64,000 nt of DNA from Chrysomallon squamiferum (taxonomy: Eukaryota > Animalia > Mollusca), in contig CM022670.1 of the NCBI GenBank assembly GCA_012295275.1, positions 30,938,001-31,002,000 on the forward strand. Reading direction: 5' to 3'. Below the pieces are notes generated by a model. The model was given only the letters and a program-made list of their open reading frames with translations. It was not told the DNA's origin and did no database searches. Shown here in pieces: positions 1-13,000 of this stretch (position 1 is the first letter of the stretch; every line of letters begins with the position of its first letter). A program made the position numbers and the translations under genes.

Positions 1-588
1 TAACGTGACATAAAAATTCTGGCTACTTTCTTAACTATATAAATTAAATAAACGAAACTAAAATAAATATATACATCGGTAATTTATATTTATATCAGTC
101 AGTATCACACATTTTATATACTACTCATTTTAGTGTATGGAGCTTTATGTTTAAGTGATAACTCTTTGAAGTCTATTAAGGTATGATTTAAAAACTGTGA
201 CTTCAGACCTTTACTTATTTAAGTTATTACTAATTTACTAGGTTATCATTACGGTGTTGCCCGATGAGAACATCACGTTTACCGCCTTTATCATTTTATG
301 GCATAATTAATAATCCACAATCATGTTGACATGTTATTAAACATTTGGTACATAGTTATATCAATCTATTAAAAATAACCACAAAAGGCAACCAATATTT
401 TAAAATTTGAATTAAAAAAATAAAAGAAATTGTTAAAAACAACCTTCCAATACAGGCCTGCATGATTTTGAGTTGTCTGCCCCGAGAAACAAGTGCCCTT
501 CGTATCGTGTATTTCCGTAACATATTTGTGAATTCGGTAGGTTCCGAAAGTTGGAAATAGCATCGGAAATGTCCGAAAACAATAGCAA

Positions 589-616
589 TCATGTGATTTT
601 AGTGCTTTCACATGAC
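589..616. promoter_or_regulatory. Two MITF/TFEB-type M-box (CLEAR-like) elements upstream of cystinosin
   Basis: TCATGTGA at 589-596 and TCACATGAC at 608-616 (reverse complement GTCATGTGA), 63-90 bp upstream of the ATG at 679. Both fit the MiT/TFE consensus TCAYRTGA. Function is inferred. Confidence 0.5.
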
Positions 617-678
617 CAGTTTTGAAAGATGGTTTGTTATTTCATCATGTACTGCTTTACACTATTTTAAAAGACAGT

Positions 679-866
679 ATGACATTAGACGTTTTAAAAT
701 ATCTGTTTAACCCTCGAATTTGTGGGTTACTGTTGTTTATGTTGCAGTATGGTAAGTGTAATAAATAATTTTGACATTTTAAAAGAGATATGTTGCCAAC
801 TTTTTTTTTTCCTCATTTCAGCATTTGTAGGATCAGGAAATACTTGAAGTAAATTATATATATTTG

Positions 867-906
<40 letters not shown>

Positions 907-2843
907 CATTTACTTCAAGTATTTTCTGATCCTACAATATATAACTGTGTTAAACTTAACACACATAAATACACACACATACAACTACATACATAACAAC
1001 CTGCAATCATTACAAGTGTCAAAATGTGATGACTAGATAAATTTCTGTTTTCTATAGCTTTTTGGGATAGAAATATTTATACTTCACAGTAATTACTTGT
1101 TACATATATATATATATTTTGTCCACAGTTACATCTTTAGTGTTTAATTGCTGCTTTAGATCTTAAAAGACCATTTGAAAAATGGTTTTCATTTAAAAAC
1201 TAACATTGTTATGCCTAGTTTTTGTATTCTGCAACAAAATCAATACAAGTGAATCTTCTACTTTTATGAGCAGTTAAAACAATTAATTTCATTTTGCTTT
1301 TTTATTACTTATGTTTGCAGAAAAAATGAATTAATAGCTTTATCCTGCTGTGATCAAATGGCAAATGCTACTTGGCAGAGCTTTACTGCATGTGGCATTC
1401 TAACCTTTTTAGGATAAAGCTGGTATAAAAAGTATATTATACATATGCTAATGTTTATTTTTATAGGAACACTTACTGAATCTGTCACTTTAAAGTTTTC
1501 ATCATCTTCAACAAACATTGAACTTGGAGAAACTGCTGTTTTAGGTCTTATATTCAAGTAAGATGTAATATAGTTAAACGTAAATAATGATATAAAAATA
1601 AAGAAATAAAATAAAATTCAATTCAATTCAATTAATAAATATATAAATAAATAAAATAGATTTCCATATAATATTTGCATATGAAAAAGATGTATATATT
1701 TTTTCTTTTTTTTTTCCTTTAGTGGCCCATTATCTGAACCAGCAGTGTTGATATTTAACTATGAGATAGGTGGAGATATAAAATATACAGAAGATTCCAG
1801 TCTCATAAAACCATTAGGTAACATTACAGTTCCAGCCAATGACAGCTCAGAAATCTTTATCAACATTACTGGGAGTGGTCCAGGTCATCTTATTCTGGGA
1901 GTAAATTCATCTTCTGCAGAGTTTGAGAAGTATTTATAACATTTTTGTTTATCAAAGTAAACAGCGTATAAAACATTTAGTGAATCATTACATATCCTTT
2001 ATATATATGTATATAGACACCAACTTTTCAATGTTCATCTAGCTAAGCTAATTGCAGAATTCAGTTTTCAATTTCTTAATCAAGACTGATTATAGGTGGA
2101 AACAGCACACATGTCATGGGTTGGTAGTGCCTGGGGCAAAGCAAGTACTGTACCTCCCCTAGACTATTCCACCAGTGCAGTAGTGACCCTAAACATTTTG
2201 TGCCTGAGGCAACCCCTTGTTGGGGCGCCATCCCCACTGCAACACTTATTGGAAACATGTTTTACTTGTGAGTCATAAAGTGTAGAAAATGTAAATCAGT
2301 GATTGGCTAGATTGGACAATGATATTACATAACATTTCTTCAAAAATATGATACAGCTTTATTTTACTCAAATTCATCTTATTTTTGCAGCCTGTCTTCT
2401 ATCTTTATGCTGATTTATCTAAATTTGATTATTTTGTTTTCATTATGGCTCACGATATTAAGCTGATTTTAAAAACATCTGTAAAATATTTAATATATTG
2501 GATAATTTCATTCATATCCATTGACTCAAATGGCTGCTGTAAATGAATATTCATCAAAATTTGCAAATTATCTTGCATATACTTAACAGTATTTTATAAT
2601 AATTTGTTGTTGTTGTTTTTTTGTTTGTTTTTTTGACTGTAAAGCACAAGCATAAATAATAATAATAATAATAATAATAATAATTGTTATTATTATTATT
2701 ATTATTATTTTGCATAGTATATGTTATGAAATTATTTTCATAGAATTGCAACTAGTAGCAGTTAAGGATCAGTATTTCACTGCTATTATAGTAACATTCT
2801 TTTATATTAAAAGTGAAACACACATAAATTATTAATTTTTTTA

Positions 2844-2891
<48 letters not shown>

Positions 2892-3333
2892 TTTTTTTTT
2901 CAGACTTTCAGATCAGTTTGTGAGGATAGAAGTGGTAAGGATCTCAGCCTTGATAATCATCAATGCTGTTATTGGGTGGCTCTACTTTGTAGCATGGTCT
3001 GTGTCATTTTATCCACAGGTTGTTGTAAACTGGCAAAGGAAAAGGTAATAATTATGATGCTACATAATTACAAATTCCCTAATATAGTTAACTATTATTA
3101 GAGATTTTGAATGTTAGTTTAATAAATTCATATGGTGATATGTAGGGGATGAAATATATTTTGAATTTGTAATATCCAGCTCAGATTTAAGGCAACCGAC
3201 ATAAATCGAATAAAAAATAGTATTTTGAGTGTTTGTGTGTGTGTGTACATGTGTGTGCATGCATATATCTGTTATTGTATGCATTTTTCAGTATTGTCAT
3301 GAAATGTGATAAATTAAAAAGAACTCATAAATA

Positions 3334-3364
<31 letters not shown>

Positions 3365-5724
3365 AATATTTTTATATACAACAAATAAATTTCACTTCCT
3401 GTGTTTAGAATTCATACTTTTATACTTTTATCCTTTTTATGTTGATTGTAATTTTATTTATTTATTTTTTCAAAAATCCATTTACAGTGTTACAGGTCTC
3501 AACTTTGATTTCCTTGGATACAACATAACAGGATTCTTAGCATATGGGGTGTTTAATGTTGGAATGTACTGGATTCCATTGGTAAAAGTAAGAAGTGTTT
3601 TCCTAACTACTAGTACTAACTATTATTTCTAACTAGAACTATTTTCAGCAGTATTGTCAGATTTTGTTATGATATCAAAATTAGGATATTCTTTTTAGCT
3701 CTTTAAAGTATCATGATGTTTAAATAATTTAAAACTTTCAATAACTGTTTTTTTTCAAATATTTATTTTTCTGAATAGATATAATTAGAATATGTATTTT
3801 GAATTTTCAGTAAATTTATTTTTAATAAATAATAATTTCAGGAGGAGTATAAGGCTGAACATCCTCGAGGTATCAATCCTGTTCAGCTTAATGATGTCAT
3901 CTTCACTATTCATGCAGAAATCATTACAGCTGTAACCATATTCCAGTGTATTATTTATGAGGTGACATCAATAAACTTATTGTTTGGTATTTTTAATAGA
4001 TTTTGATATAGTTTCACTTAATACATTTGATAATTTCTTTATTTCATAGATATTGTGTTCATGTCTGTGTCAGTTCTCATACAAATAATTATATGATGCT
4101 AATTTAAAAAATACAGTTTTTTGGAAATATTATTAATTTAATTTTTATATATGCAACTAAATTTTGAAGATAATCTCATAAGTGACAGGTATTGGTTTTT
4201 TTTTGTTTTTTGTTTTTTTTTATTTATATTTAGTCATATGGTATTTTTAATTGAATATCTCATTTACAAATTTTTATAGTTTTGTGATATAATTTATTTG
4301 GAACAGTTCAGAATTAATGTTTATTTGTGTTCATTTGTTATTGATTTGGATTGTTTTATCTGATAACCACCATAATGATGTTTAAATAAAATATTCTGCT
4401 TTTTATATATAATTTTAACACTTGAAAATGAATATAGAAGAATAGGATGCAGAATGACATTTTGTTTTCAGTCATGATTTATATTTAAAATGTTATAGTT
4501 CTTATTTATTTATTTATTTATTTATTATTATTATTTTTATTTTTTTGTAGCGAGGAGGTCAGAAAGTATCTCGAATCAGTAAAGTAATCTTGGTTTTAAC
4601 GTGGCTGTTTGCAATTGTCACACTATTTATTGCTGTTGGTCATAAAATAACCTGGTTGACATATTTGTATTACTTTTCCTACATCAAACTGGGTGTTACC
4701 CTCATAAAATATGTACCTCAAGTAAGTTTAAATAATTGTTATTCAAATAAATTAATTTTTCAGGTTAATGTAAGAACCTAATATTTTTTAGTGAGATAAT
4801 TGCAACTTCATGACTTACTTTAGTAATCTCATGCATACTAAAAACTGTTTGAACAAGATTACAGGTTTTTCATTATCAGTTCATCAAAGCCTATGAAATG
4901 TGCATTCATTCATTTGTTGGTAATAAGAGTAGGTCACATAGCAGGACCAACAGATTTTTCATAACAGACAAAAGCTATGTCTTAAATCTAACAACTGTTT
5001 ATATTAAAAGATATTCATGCATTTTCAAACAAATATCATTCAATACGTTTTCTTACATATTTTGTAATTGTTATTTATTATTAATAATATAATTTAATTT
5101 AAGTCCTAACATTTTTTTTTCTGCAGGCTTACATGAACTACTGTCGGAAGTCAACAGTGGGTTGGAGCATTGGGAATGTGTTACTGGATTTCACTGGAGG
5201 CAGTCTCAGTGTTCTACAAATGTTATTATTGGCATACAACAGTGGTAAGTAAATTGACAGAAACAAGAATAATTTTATTATTTTGATATGATTATTGTAA
5301 GAAAAATTGAAATAAAGTTTTTGTTGGATAGCCTTTCTACTGTTTTCATAGGACTTGTAAAAAATCCTTGGTAGATTAATTCCTTCAGAATTTATAATTA
5401 AAATTCAAGTCATTATAAAGACTATGATTACTACTGTTTATTTTTTTTTATAATTTACCATATCAGCTACCTTTTATACATTTTCTTTAAATTAATATTA
5501 TTGATATTATTCTTCTTTGTCTTGTAGATGACTGGAATTCCATATTTGGTGACCCAACAAAGTTTGGTTTAGGTTTTTTCTCTGTTCTATTTGATATTCT
5601 TTTCATAGTCCAGCACTACTGTTTGTATCGTGGCAGAGACCCATATGAATCTATACCAGAGAAGGAAATTGTTGTAAACACAAATCATATCAGCAGTTAT
5701 GAGAAAGAGCCATTGGTTTACTAA
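679..5724 (+). CDS. CTNS: Cystinosin (PQ-loop lysosomal cystine transporter), 9 coding exons
   Basis: Exons 679-751, 1467-1557, 1723-1929, 2904-3044, 3488-3587, 3842-3961, 4551-4721, 5127-5244, 5528-5724; all GT-AG and phase-consistent. Motifs: [100 protein letters not shown]. The luminal N-terminus carries N-glycosylation sequons. Exon 1 is the least certain. Confidence 0.95.
825..937. repeat. 30-bp inverted repeat enclosing a (CA)n microsatellite
   Basis: TTGTAGGATCAGGAAATACTTGAAGTAAAT (825-854) matches the reverse complement of 908-937 at 29 of 30 positions; the loop contains (CA)n at about 868-905. Confidence 0.9.
2090..2250. mobile_element. Possible degenerate non-autonomous DNA transposon remnant
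   Basis: GC-richer island in CTNS intron 3 with repeated GTGCCTG(G/A)GGCAA motifs resembling the subterminal motifs of the hAT-type MITE at 14819; no clean TIR or TSD. Confidence 0.3.
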
Positions 5725-6330
5725 TTTCTAGTATATTTCAGCACTACTTTTAATTCTTAAGACTTTATAATTTATTTTATTGGTGTTATATGTCATTATC
5801 TGTATTTACTCATTTCTGAAGTGTTCATTTATCATATAACAATTGTTTTGATGTCCTATCGTACTTTATGATACAAATGTGGAACCAGCATACCAAAAGC
5901 ATAAAAGAATATTTACATTTACATTGGTTTAAAAAATCAAGAGGAAAAATAATGAAGGAAAAAAAAATATGATTTTAAATTTTGCTAGTTTTGTTTTTAG
6001 TCACATTCTGAGTATGTTCACTTTCATAAGAAATGAAATTAAGTTGACATAAATATTTTTGGTGCTGACATTGTAAGACTAGCTATCTCCACTGATATTA
6101 TTAATATTTAGATCATTACTGCATCATTTATATGAAATGCATACAGATTTTAGGTTTCACTCCAATAATAATTAACAGATTTTGAATTCTGGCTGATAGT
6201 TATTTTATTTTTCATAAAATATTTAATATATCTTTCTTAAATTATTTACCATATTTTAACCCTTTAGTTAATTAAATTATTTTAGATGTTTTAGTTTAAA
6301 AATAAACATGTACATGCATGCATGCACACG

Positions 6331-6368
<38 letters not shown>

Positions 6369-7008
6369 GACAGAGAGAGCCAACCACACAGACTATGTTT
6401 AATGCAGAAAATGGAATCTTGGTTATGAATAATTTATTGCATTTTTATTGTTAACCAAAAAAACAATAGGTCAGTAAATTACAAAATTATTACATCTTTG
6501 GTATAAATGTTTTCAAATTCATAACTGCATCAAATTATCACATAACATTTGGTATCATTTATAGCATTTTTATATTAGTAATGTATATATTATAGTTATA
6601 CACAATTTTAATAAATCTAGATAACCAAGATTTGTTTGTTGTTTTCCATTAATTACATTTGTTTACTCTGTCTCTGACTTCAGCTGTGTTAGTGCCATCA
6701 GCACCCATTTAAGAAATTTACTGAAATTTGGTTAACTAATTTAGCTTTCATTTTTCTACTCTAAAGATAAACTGATTAAAGAGACAGCAAATTTCTAAAG
6801 TAAATTTTAATATCTTTATTAAATTGTTTAATTTAACAGATTCTAACCTTTTAAATCTTTGTTTATTTTCAAAACCTCAGATGCTTGACTGTAAATATAT
6901 ACTTAGCTATAATTTTGCTTATTTCATCATGTTTCAGTGGATTTAGTATTAAAACAAGCAAAAGATAAAACTATATATTTGCTATTCACGTTAAACAGAA
7001 AACTGTTG

Positions 7009-10000
7009 TCATCTTATGGATTTTTTTTTGCCTTTCTTTCCACTCTTCTCTGTCTTAACTGTTTTTCCTGCTGGAAGACGAACTGCATGACCCATTTCTT
7101 TTATATGATTAAACATCTTATTCCTGGTTCCGAAATGCTGCCCACAGACTTGACATTGGAAAATCTGCAAATGAACATACTCATAAAATAGGAGAAAAAA
7201 GTATAGATATTAGCTGTTTGATAAAATACTTTTAATAACGTTATGTTTTACTTCGCAGTGATGTCTTATGCACTAAATATATATTTTTCAACAGAGGTAA
7301 CATTTAACCTTAAAAAATAAAAATCTTGTACAGAATTAATAAACAGTTTAGCTAAAACTCTCTAGATAACGATTTCCTCAATCAAAAATAACATTTACAT
7401 GCTTATTATTATTAATATTTATTTTAACAAAAGCTTTCATTAATCAAATCAACTTCAGTAAATCCAAGTATGCAAGGAAATCAACATTTATTACTGTAAT
7501 TATTTTTTTTCATTCTAGACCAACCTCATTTTTCTTTTGTCCAGGGGTCTGTGGTGGATTAGTTTTTCCTTTAGATGAAACTGATTGAACTTTATCACCC
7601 ATTTCATTAACCATTTCTTCAGCATGCTGAACAGTCTCAGTGTTCAAAGGAGAAGGTATCTCACTTCCTTCATCAGAAACAATGTTTTCTGTCTGTATTC
7701 TGTTAGCTTTGTCAATTTCTTCAGCTTGTGTTGAATTAGATAATTTATTAGGTATATCATTACTATCTGCTTCCTTTTCCTACAAGATAAAAATATAGAA
7801 TGACTGGTGATTTGAACTTTTATAAAATTTGTTATCTTTTCTAACAATATAGCAAATCATAGAATATGGATATCTTTGAAAATAAAAAAATTTATAAAAC
7901 GTTTCACTAAATTTATCTGGCAGAAACAACATTCCATAAAATGTTAAAAAAATAACCAGTAAGATTTTTTTTAAATTTATAATATTATGATTAAGATAAT
8001 ACATTTACAGTAATTATTTCAATTCAGAAACAAAATTAATTATTTTACTTCAAAATTAATACAAAACAAAAATATTTCTTCAAAATATTTTAAAACATTA
8101 TATCCCATAGACAGTAAATCCTTTCATTGTGCATAACTAATGGCTACATTACACTGAAATAACAATGAAAATGACTTCCTTGTTTCTCACCATGATCAAG
8201 TTACCAAAAGAAGACCTTACATGCTGTGTACCCAGCATTTCACAGAGAATAAGTTTGCAGACCATTGATATAGAGTTAATAAGAAGAAAATTAACCACTC
8301 TTACGACTTTTTAAAATATTTTAATGATTGGCACATTTTATTTTCATATGATCAAAAATTATGCATAATTATTTATTTATATATTTATTTATTTTTGAAG
8401 TGCATTAACCAACATTTGTTTCTTAATATAAATATCAGTCTATTTAATCTATACTATCTTTCATTCTGTAACATAAACCAATACATTTCCATAAGAAATA
8501 TTCATTGTTTTTTGCATCATCTTGGTAAATAAGTAATTTGGCTAAGTCATAATGTTGTAAATAAGAAATTGGTTAAAAATTACCTGATTCATTTCATTTT
8601 TGTTTTTATGTTCTTCCATTTTCTTTGATTTTGATCTGGAATTTATAGAAATCCAAATTAATAATAAATAACAGTTGTAAAATATTTCACATACGGTTCA
8701 AAATTAAATACAAAATTTGTGTCAAATTATGAATACATTTTGTGAATAACAGTTATGTTTTATTATGTAAAAATAATTATCTTAATTATTGCATTTAATG
8801 ATTTACATTTGTTTGTTTTTTAGCTGTAATTCTATAGTAGAACATGATTTATTTGGTGTATATTCTGAGACAATCAAATCAAAACAAATGACCCCTCCAT
8901 GCTAAAACCAAATAAAGTAATGACAGTTAAGAAACTAAATGCTTATGTAAAAATATTTGTTTTAATAAAAAAAAAGTAAAATCAAACCTTTCTATCATCG
9001 CCTTGTCAGCAATATCAAGACTAGTTAAATTATTAACAACATCTTCAGTTTCATCTCTCTCTTCCTGAAGTAAATAAATAATTAACAATGGTAGTAATTA
9101 TAGCAATGATATCAATATCAGTATTATCATTAATGTAAATTTTAAAATATTACAGTCATATTATTTTATAAAGTAAATAATTAAATATGAAAATGTTTAT
9201 AATAGCTAATCCAAGAAATGTTCTTGTTAACATGCTTTGTGTCACATAATCTTAAGCATAAACTGTTCCTAATAATTCTGCATAAAACAGTGTACTTACT
9301 GGTACCTGAAGTTTTTGTTTTCTTTTCTTCTTCTGTTTTTTGGATAGCCTAAAAAATGCATAAAATGATATCTCAGTTTTCGTTTTCATTTTTGAAGTGT
9401 ATAACCTTTTAATTTTGTAAAATTATTTTTCACATGTTATAACAAGAGGCTTAAGCAAACGAACAAACAAATAATATAAAAATACTAAACAATAAATAAA
9501 TAAAATAAACTAGATATGGAAATAGAAAATAAATATTATCTTTCCTTCAGAATATCACAGCTTTAAACTTTTTTTTTTCCATTTAAAAAAAAGAAAATTA
9601 TATTTCTTTTTTTTCTTTATTTTTCTTACTTTCTTTTTTTTATAGATTTATAACATTTTATTAAAATAATAATAATAAATAAAAGGAAGAATGTAAAGTA
9701 AATAAAAATAAGACTATTCTTAATGCTTGGCTGACTTTAAAATTACACTTAACAATAGACTAAGCTGTAATGTGATAGTGAAGTAGAAAAGATACTCATA
9801 CCACAACAGAGTTGAAGAAACTTGATCTTTACAGCCAGATCTTTACAACAATAGACCCATCAAGAAAAATGTCTAAACCTGAGTTTGATCTCATGATCTG
9901 GTCTGCTGATGGACAGGAACAAATGTAATGTTTCTCATGGACATTCATCTTGATAATATCACATGCTTTAAGTTAGAGAGGTAACTGTTTCTTATTCTAA

Positions 10001-13000
10001 CACAACATAACAAAATGTCAAGATAATGCTTATCTGACAGTATTACAAATATTTTCTTTAACAGAAATTCACTAATAATATCACATGCTTTAAGTTAGTG
10101 ATGTAACTGTTTCTTATTCTAACACAACATAACAAAATGTCAAGATAATGCTTATCTGACAGTATTACAAACATTTTCTTTAACAGTAGATATGTGTGAG
10201 TATATGTGTTTGAATTAAAAAGATACCACTGATCACCATCATAATTAAACATACTTATTACTTAATTATTTTCAGTTATTTCTGAGATAATTTTAATTTC
10301 ATAAAATTAAATAAACAAACAATAAATAAATAACAACAATAATAAAGAATAGCTACAGATGTAATTGAAAATATATTATATACATGTATGTATCTGGTAG
10401 TGGTATATAATCTTAATGAAAATTGGTTGTTTCCTTTTTAGAAATAAATATTAAAAAAATAAAAATCATGTTGCTGTATATAGTACCAACTAATTTCTAT
10501 ACATTTATGTTCCAACAACTGAATACACATTTAAAATTAGGAAGATTGTAATGTCTATGATATTAAGAACTGAATAATTAACCCACGCAATCCAGCAAAT
10601 CTGTAATATTCTAAAATTAATATTTGTCACTGAAGTGTCCAGACACAAGAAGGATTTTCTAAAATTACTGTAATAAGAGAAAAACTAAAGGTTAGCCAAG
10701 CCATACACATGTCAAGTTGAGGACAGAAACATTTCTAACACTAGTACACACTGCAAAGAATAGCCTGTAACAGAGCCATTGTCAAGCCCATCAGCAGAGA
10801 TAATCTGTGCGAAGGAGATACATGCAAAATGCCAACATCAACAGACATCCAGTGACAGCCCAACAACACCAACCCACACAAAAATATTCCTTTGTTCTGC
10901 CATTGGTCAAAATATTCTCCAAGAAATATTACACAGCCTGAAATAAAACAGCTATACCTGAAACTCTGCCATAAAAGAAAAAACCTTTGACTAAAGCAAA
11001 CATCCCAAATTTCTGACAGGAATGGCTCAATTACATTTTGCTGTGTTTTATATGGGTTTTAATGTTTTAATGTGTGCACCTGTGCATAATGGTGAAAACC
11101 AGAATGAAGTCACAAATATATTAATGAACAATAATGTAGAAAGTTCCAACAGAACAGCAACATCATGTGAAAGTAAGCTCCAAGAAGCCATTATAAAAAT
11201 GGCTAATTACCAGAAACAGAAGATGGATCTACACACATGGGTGATGCAGATATCCCATGTCATAAGATTACAACAACAACTGATGAACAAACTACATACA
11301 GACATAAACAGTTTCTTGAGATGGACCCATGGTCCAAATGTAAGTTTACAATTTCCATTAATAAATAAATCTTTTGTGAGCAATGAAACAGAAGGAGCTG
11401 AAGAAACTGATGTCTGGGATGGTGACTTTCGATCTGATCCCAGAGCTGGGTGGTTAACCCAGCAGGGAATGATGAATGAAGATCCTATAGCACCAGAATC
11501 ACCATCAGAACCAAAACCTGATCTCATGGAACCTCTTGAAGTTGTTGACCATGAAGGAGGAGGCGGAGGTGTTTCTATACAGATAGACCAAGAACAAAAT
11601 GAAAATAATGAAAATGAAAATGAACAGAAAACTGAAACTGTAGTCAGTAATCAGGTAACGGAAGTGGATCAGAAACAAGAAAACCTTGACAATCTGGAAT
11701 CAATAACCAAAGCTGCTGTCATTGAGAATCAAAACTTTGTAAGGCAACAAACACTGTCAGAAAACATAATAAACAAACAGTTACCAGAAACATCTACACA
11801 ATCCATCAAAGACAGAAAAAACAAGAAAGAAAATGCAAAAGGTGTATTAGAACCAAAAGAGAGAAAAAAAGAACAAACAGAAGGACAAGAAAGTGAACAA
11901 CAAAATGATCCAAATCAATATGAAATTGAAAAAGAGAAAGAAATTGTTGAAATTGAAAAGGAAACAAATCAACAAGACAGCGAAAATGAACAAGAAGCTT
12001 TTGAAATTGATGAAAATCCCAGCAAAAGTAAAATAAGAAGGAACCTGATGGGCCTGGAAATGATAGAATCAATTAACACAAAACCTGAAGTAGATACTAG
12101 AGAGAGCCGATCAGAAACCACACTCACAGTGCATGACTTGAAGAAACGAATGGATGCCTGTTTGAGTGAGGCTAATCAGCGTGAAGGATTCAATGAACTT
12201 CATGGGATGGAGAGATACACAGAGATAAACAGTGTTAATCAGAGACTCAGAATGCTTGAGTGCATACTACAAGTCATGAAGAGTACACCTGTTGCCAGGC
12301 AGAATATTTTTATGTCACGATTACAAAGATTTCTTGAAACAATGGAACACTGGGAAAAATAGAATGTTCATTAATTATTTTGCAAATGAACTTTTACAAA
12401 TCCCTATTTCCAAATGAAAGAAAAAAAAAAATAGAAAGATAAGAAGAAATATTGAGCAAGAATTAGTTTCTTGGTTCAAACATATTTTTAGTTTTATTAA
12501 GACATGCTGCAGAAACTACAATTTCAAATTAATCTTGTTTACACTTATAACTTTCAAAATAGATATTTATATTGAATTTTGTTTGTTTTTTCAAAAGGAT
12601 ATTAAAAGTAAGTACACATCTTTCTTTTTATAATTAAAGTAAGCCTTTATAATTAAAATGTAATCCAAAATATACATAAATACAATTAAATATTTAGTTT
12701 CCTTTACAACTGTCAGTTAATTTTGATTCAGTTATATATCAACAAAGGACCAACTATGTGTAATTCTGCATATAACAAAATAAATGTGCATTAATGAACT
12801 TCTGTTTTGTTATTTTACGGGTTCTTGATTATGTTACTTCACCATAAAATTAAACATTTCAAACATAATATATAAAATAAAAACTTTGAAGACAAATTTC
12901 ATTCATATTTCTGTGATAACTTATTTTTAATATCTCAGTTCTTAAGAAAACACATTAGGAATAATTCATATAATTTATTGAATCAACACTTTTTTGGAAT

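Noticed and set aside
240-463. Possible first exon of a divergent minus-strand gene (ATG at 463, MQACIG, AG|gttgtt) and ORFs 356-592/369-611
   Set aside because: No convincing in-phase second exon or recognisable protein within the window; it may be only promoter sequence.
11207-12072. Minus-strand ORFs 11207-11527 and 11806-12072
   Set aside because: Antisense shadows of the 446-aa ORF; the DNAJC21 model is complete and in phase without them.
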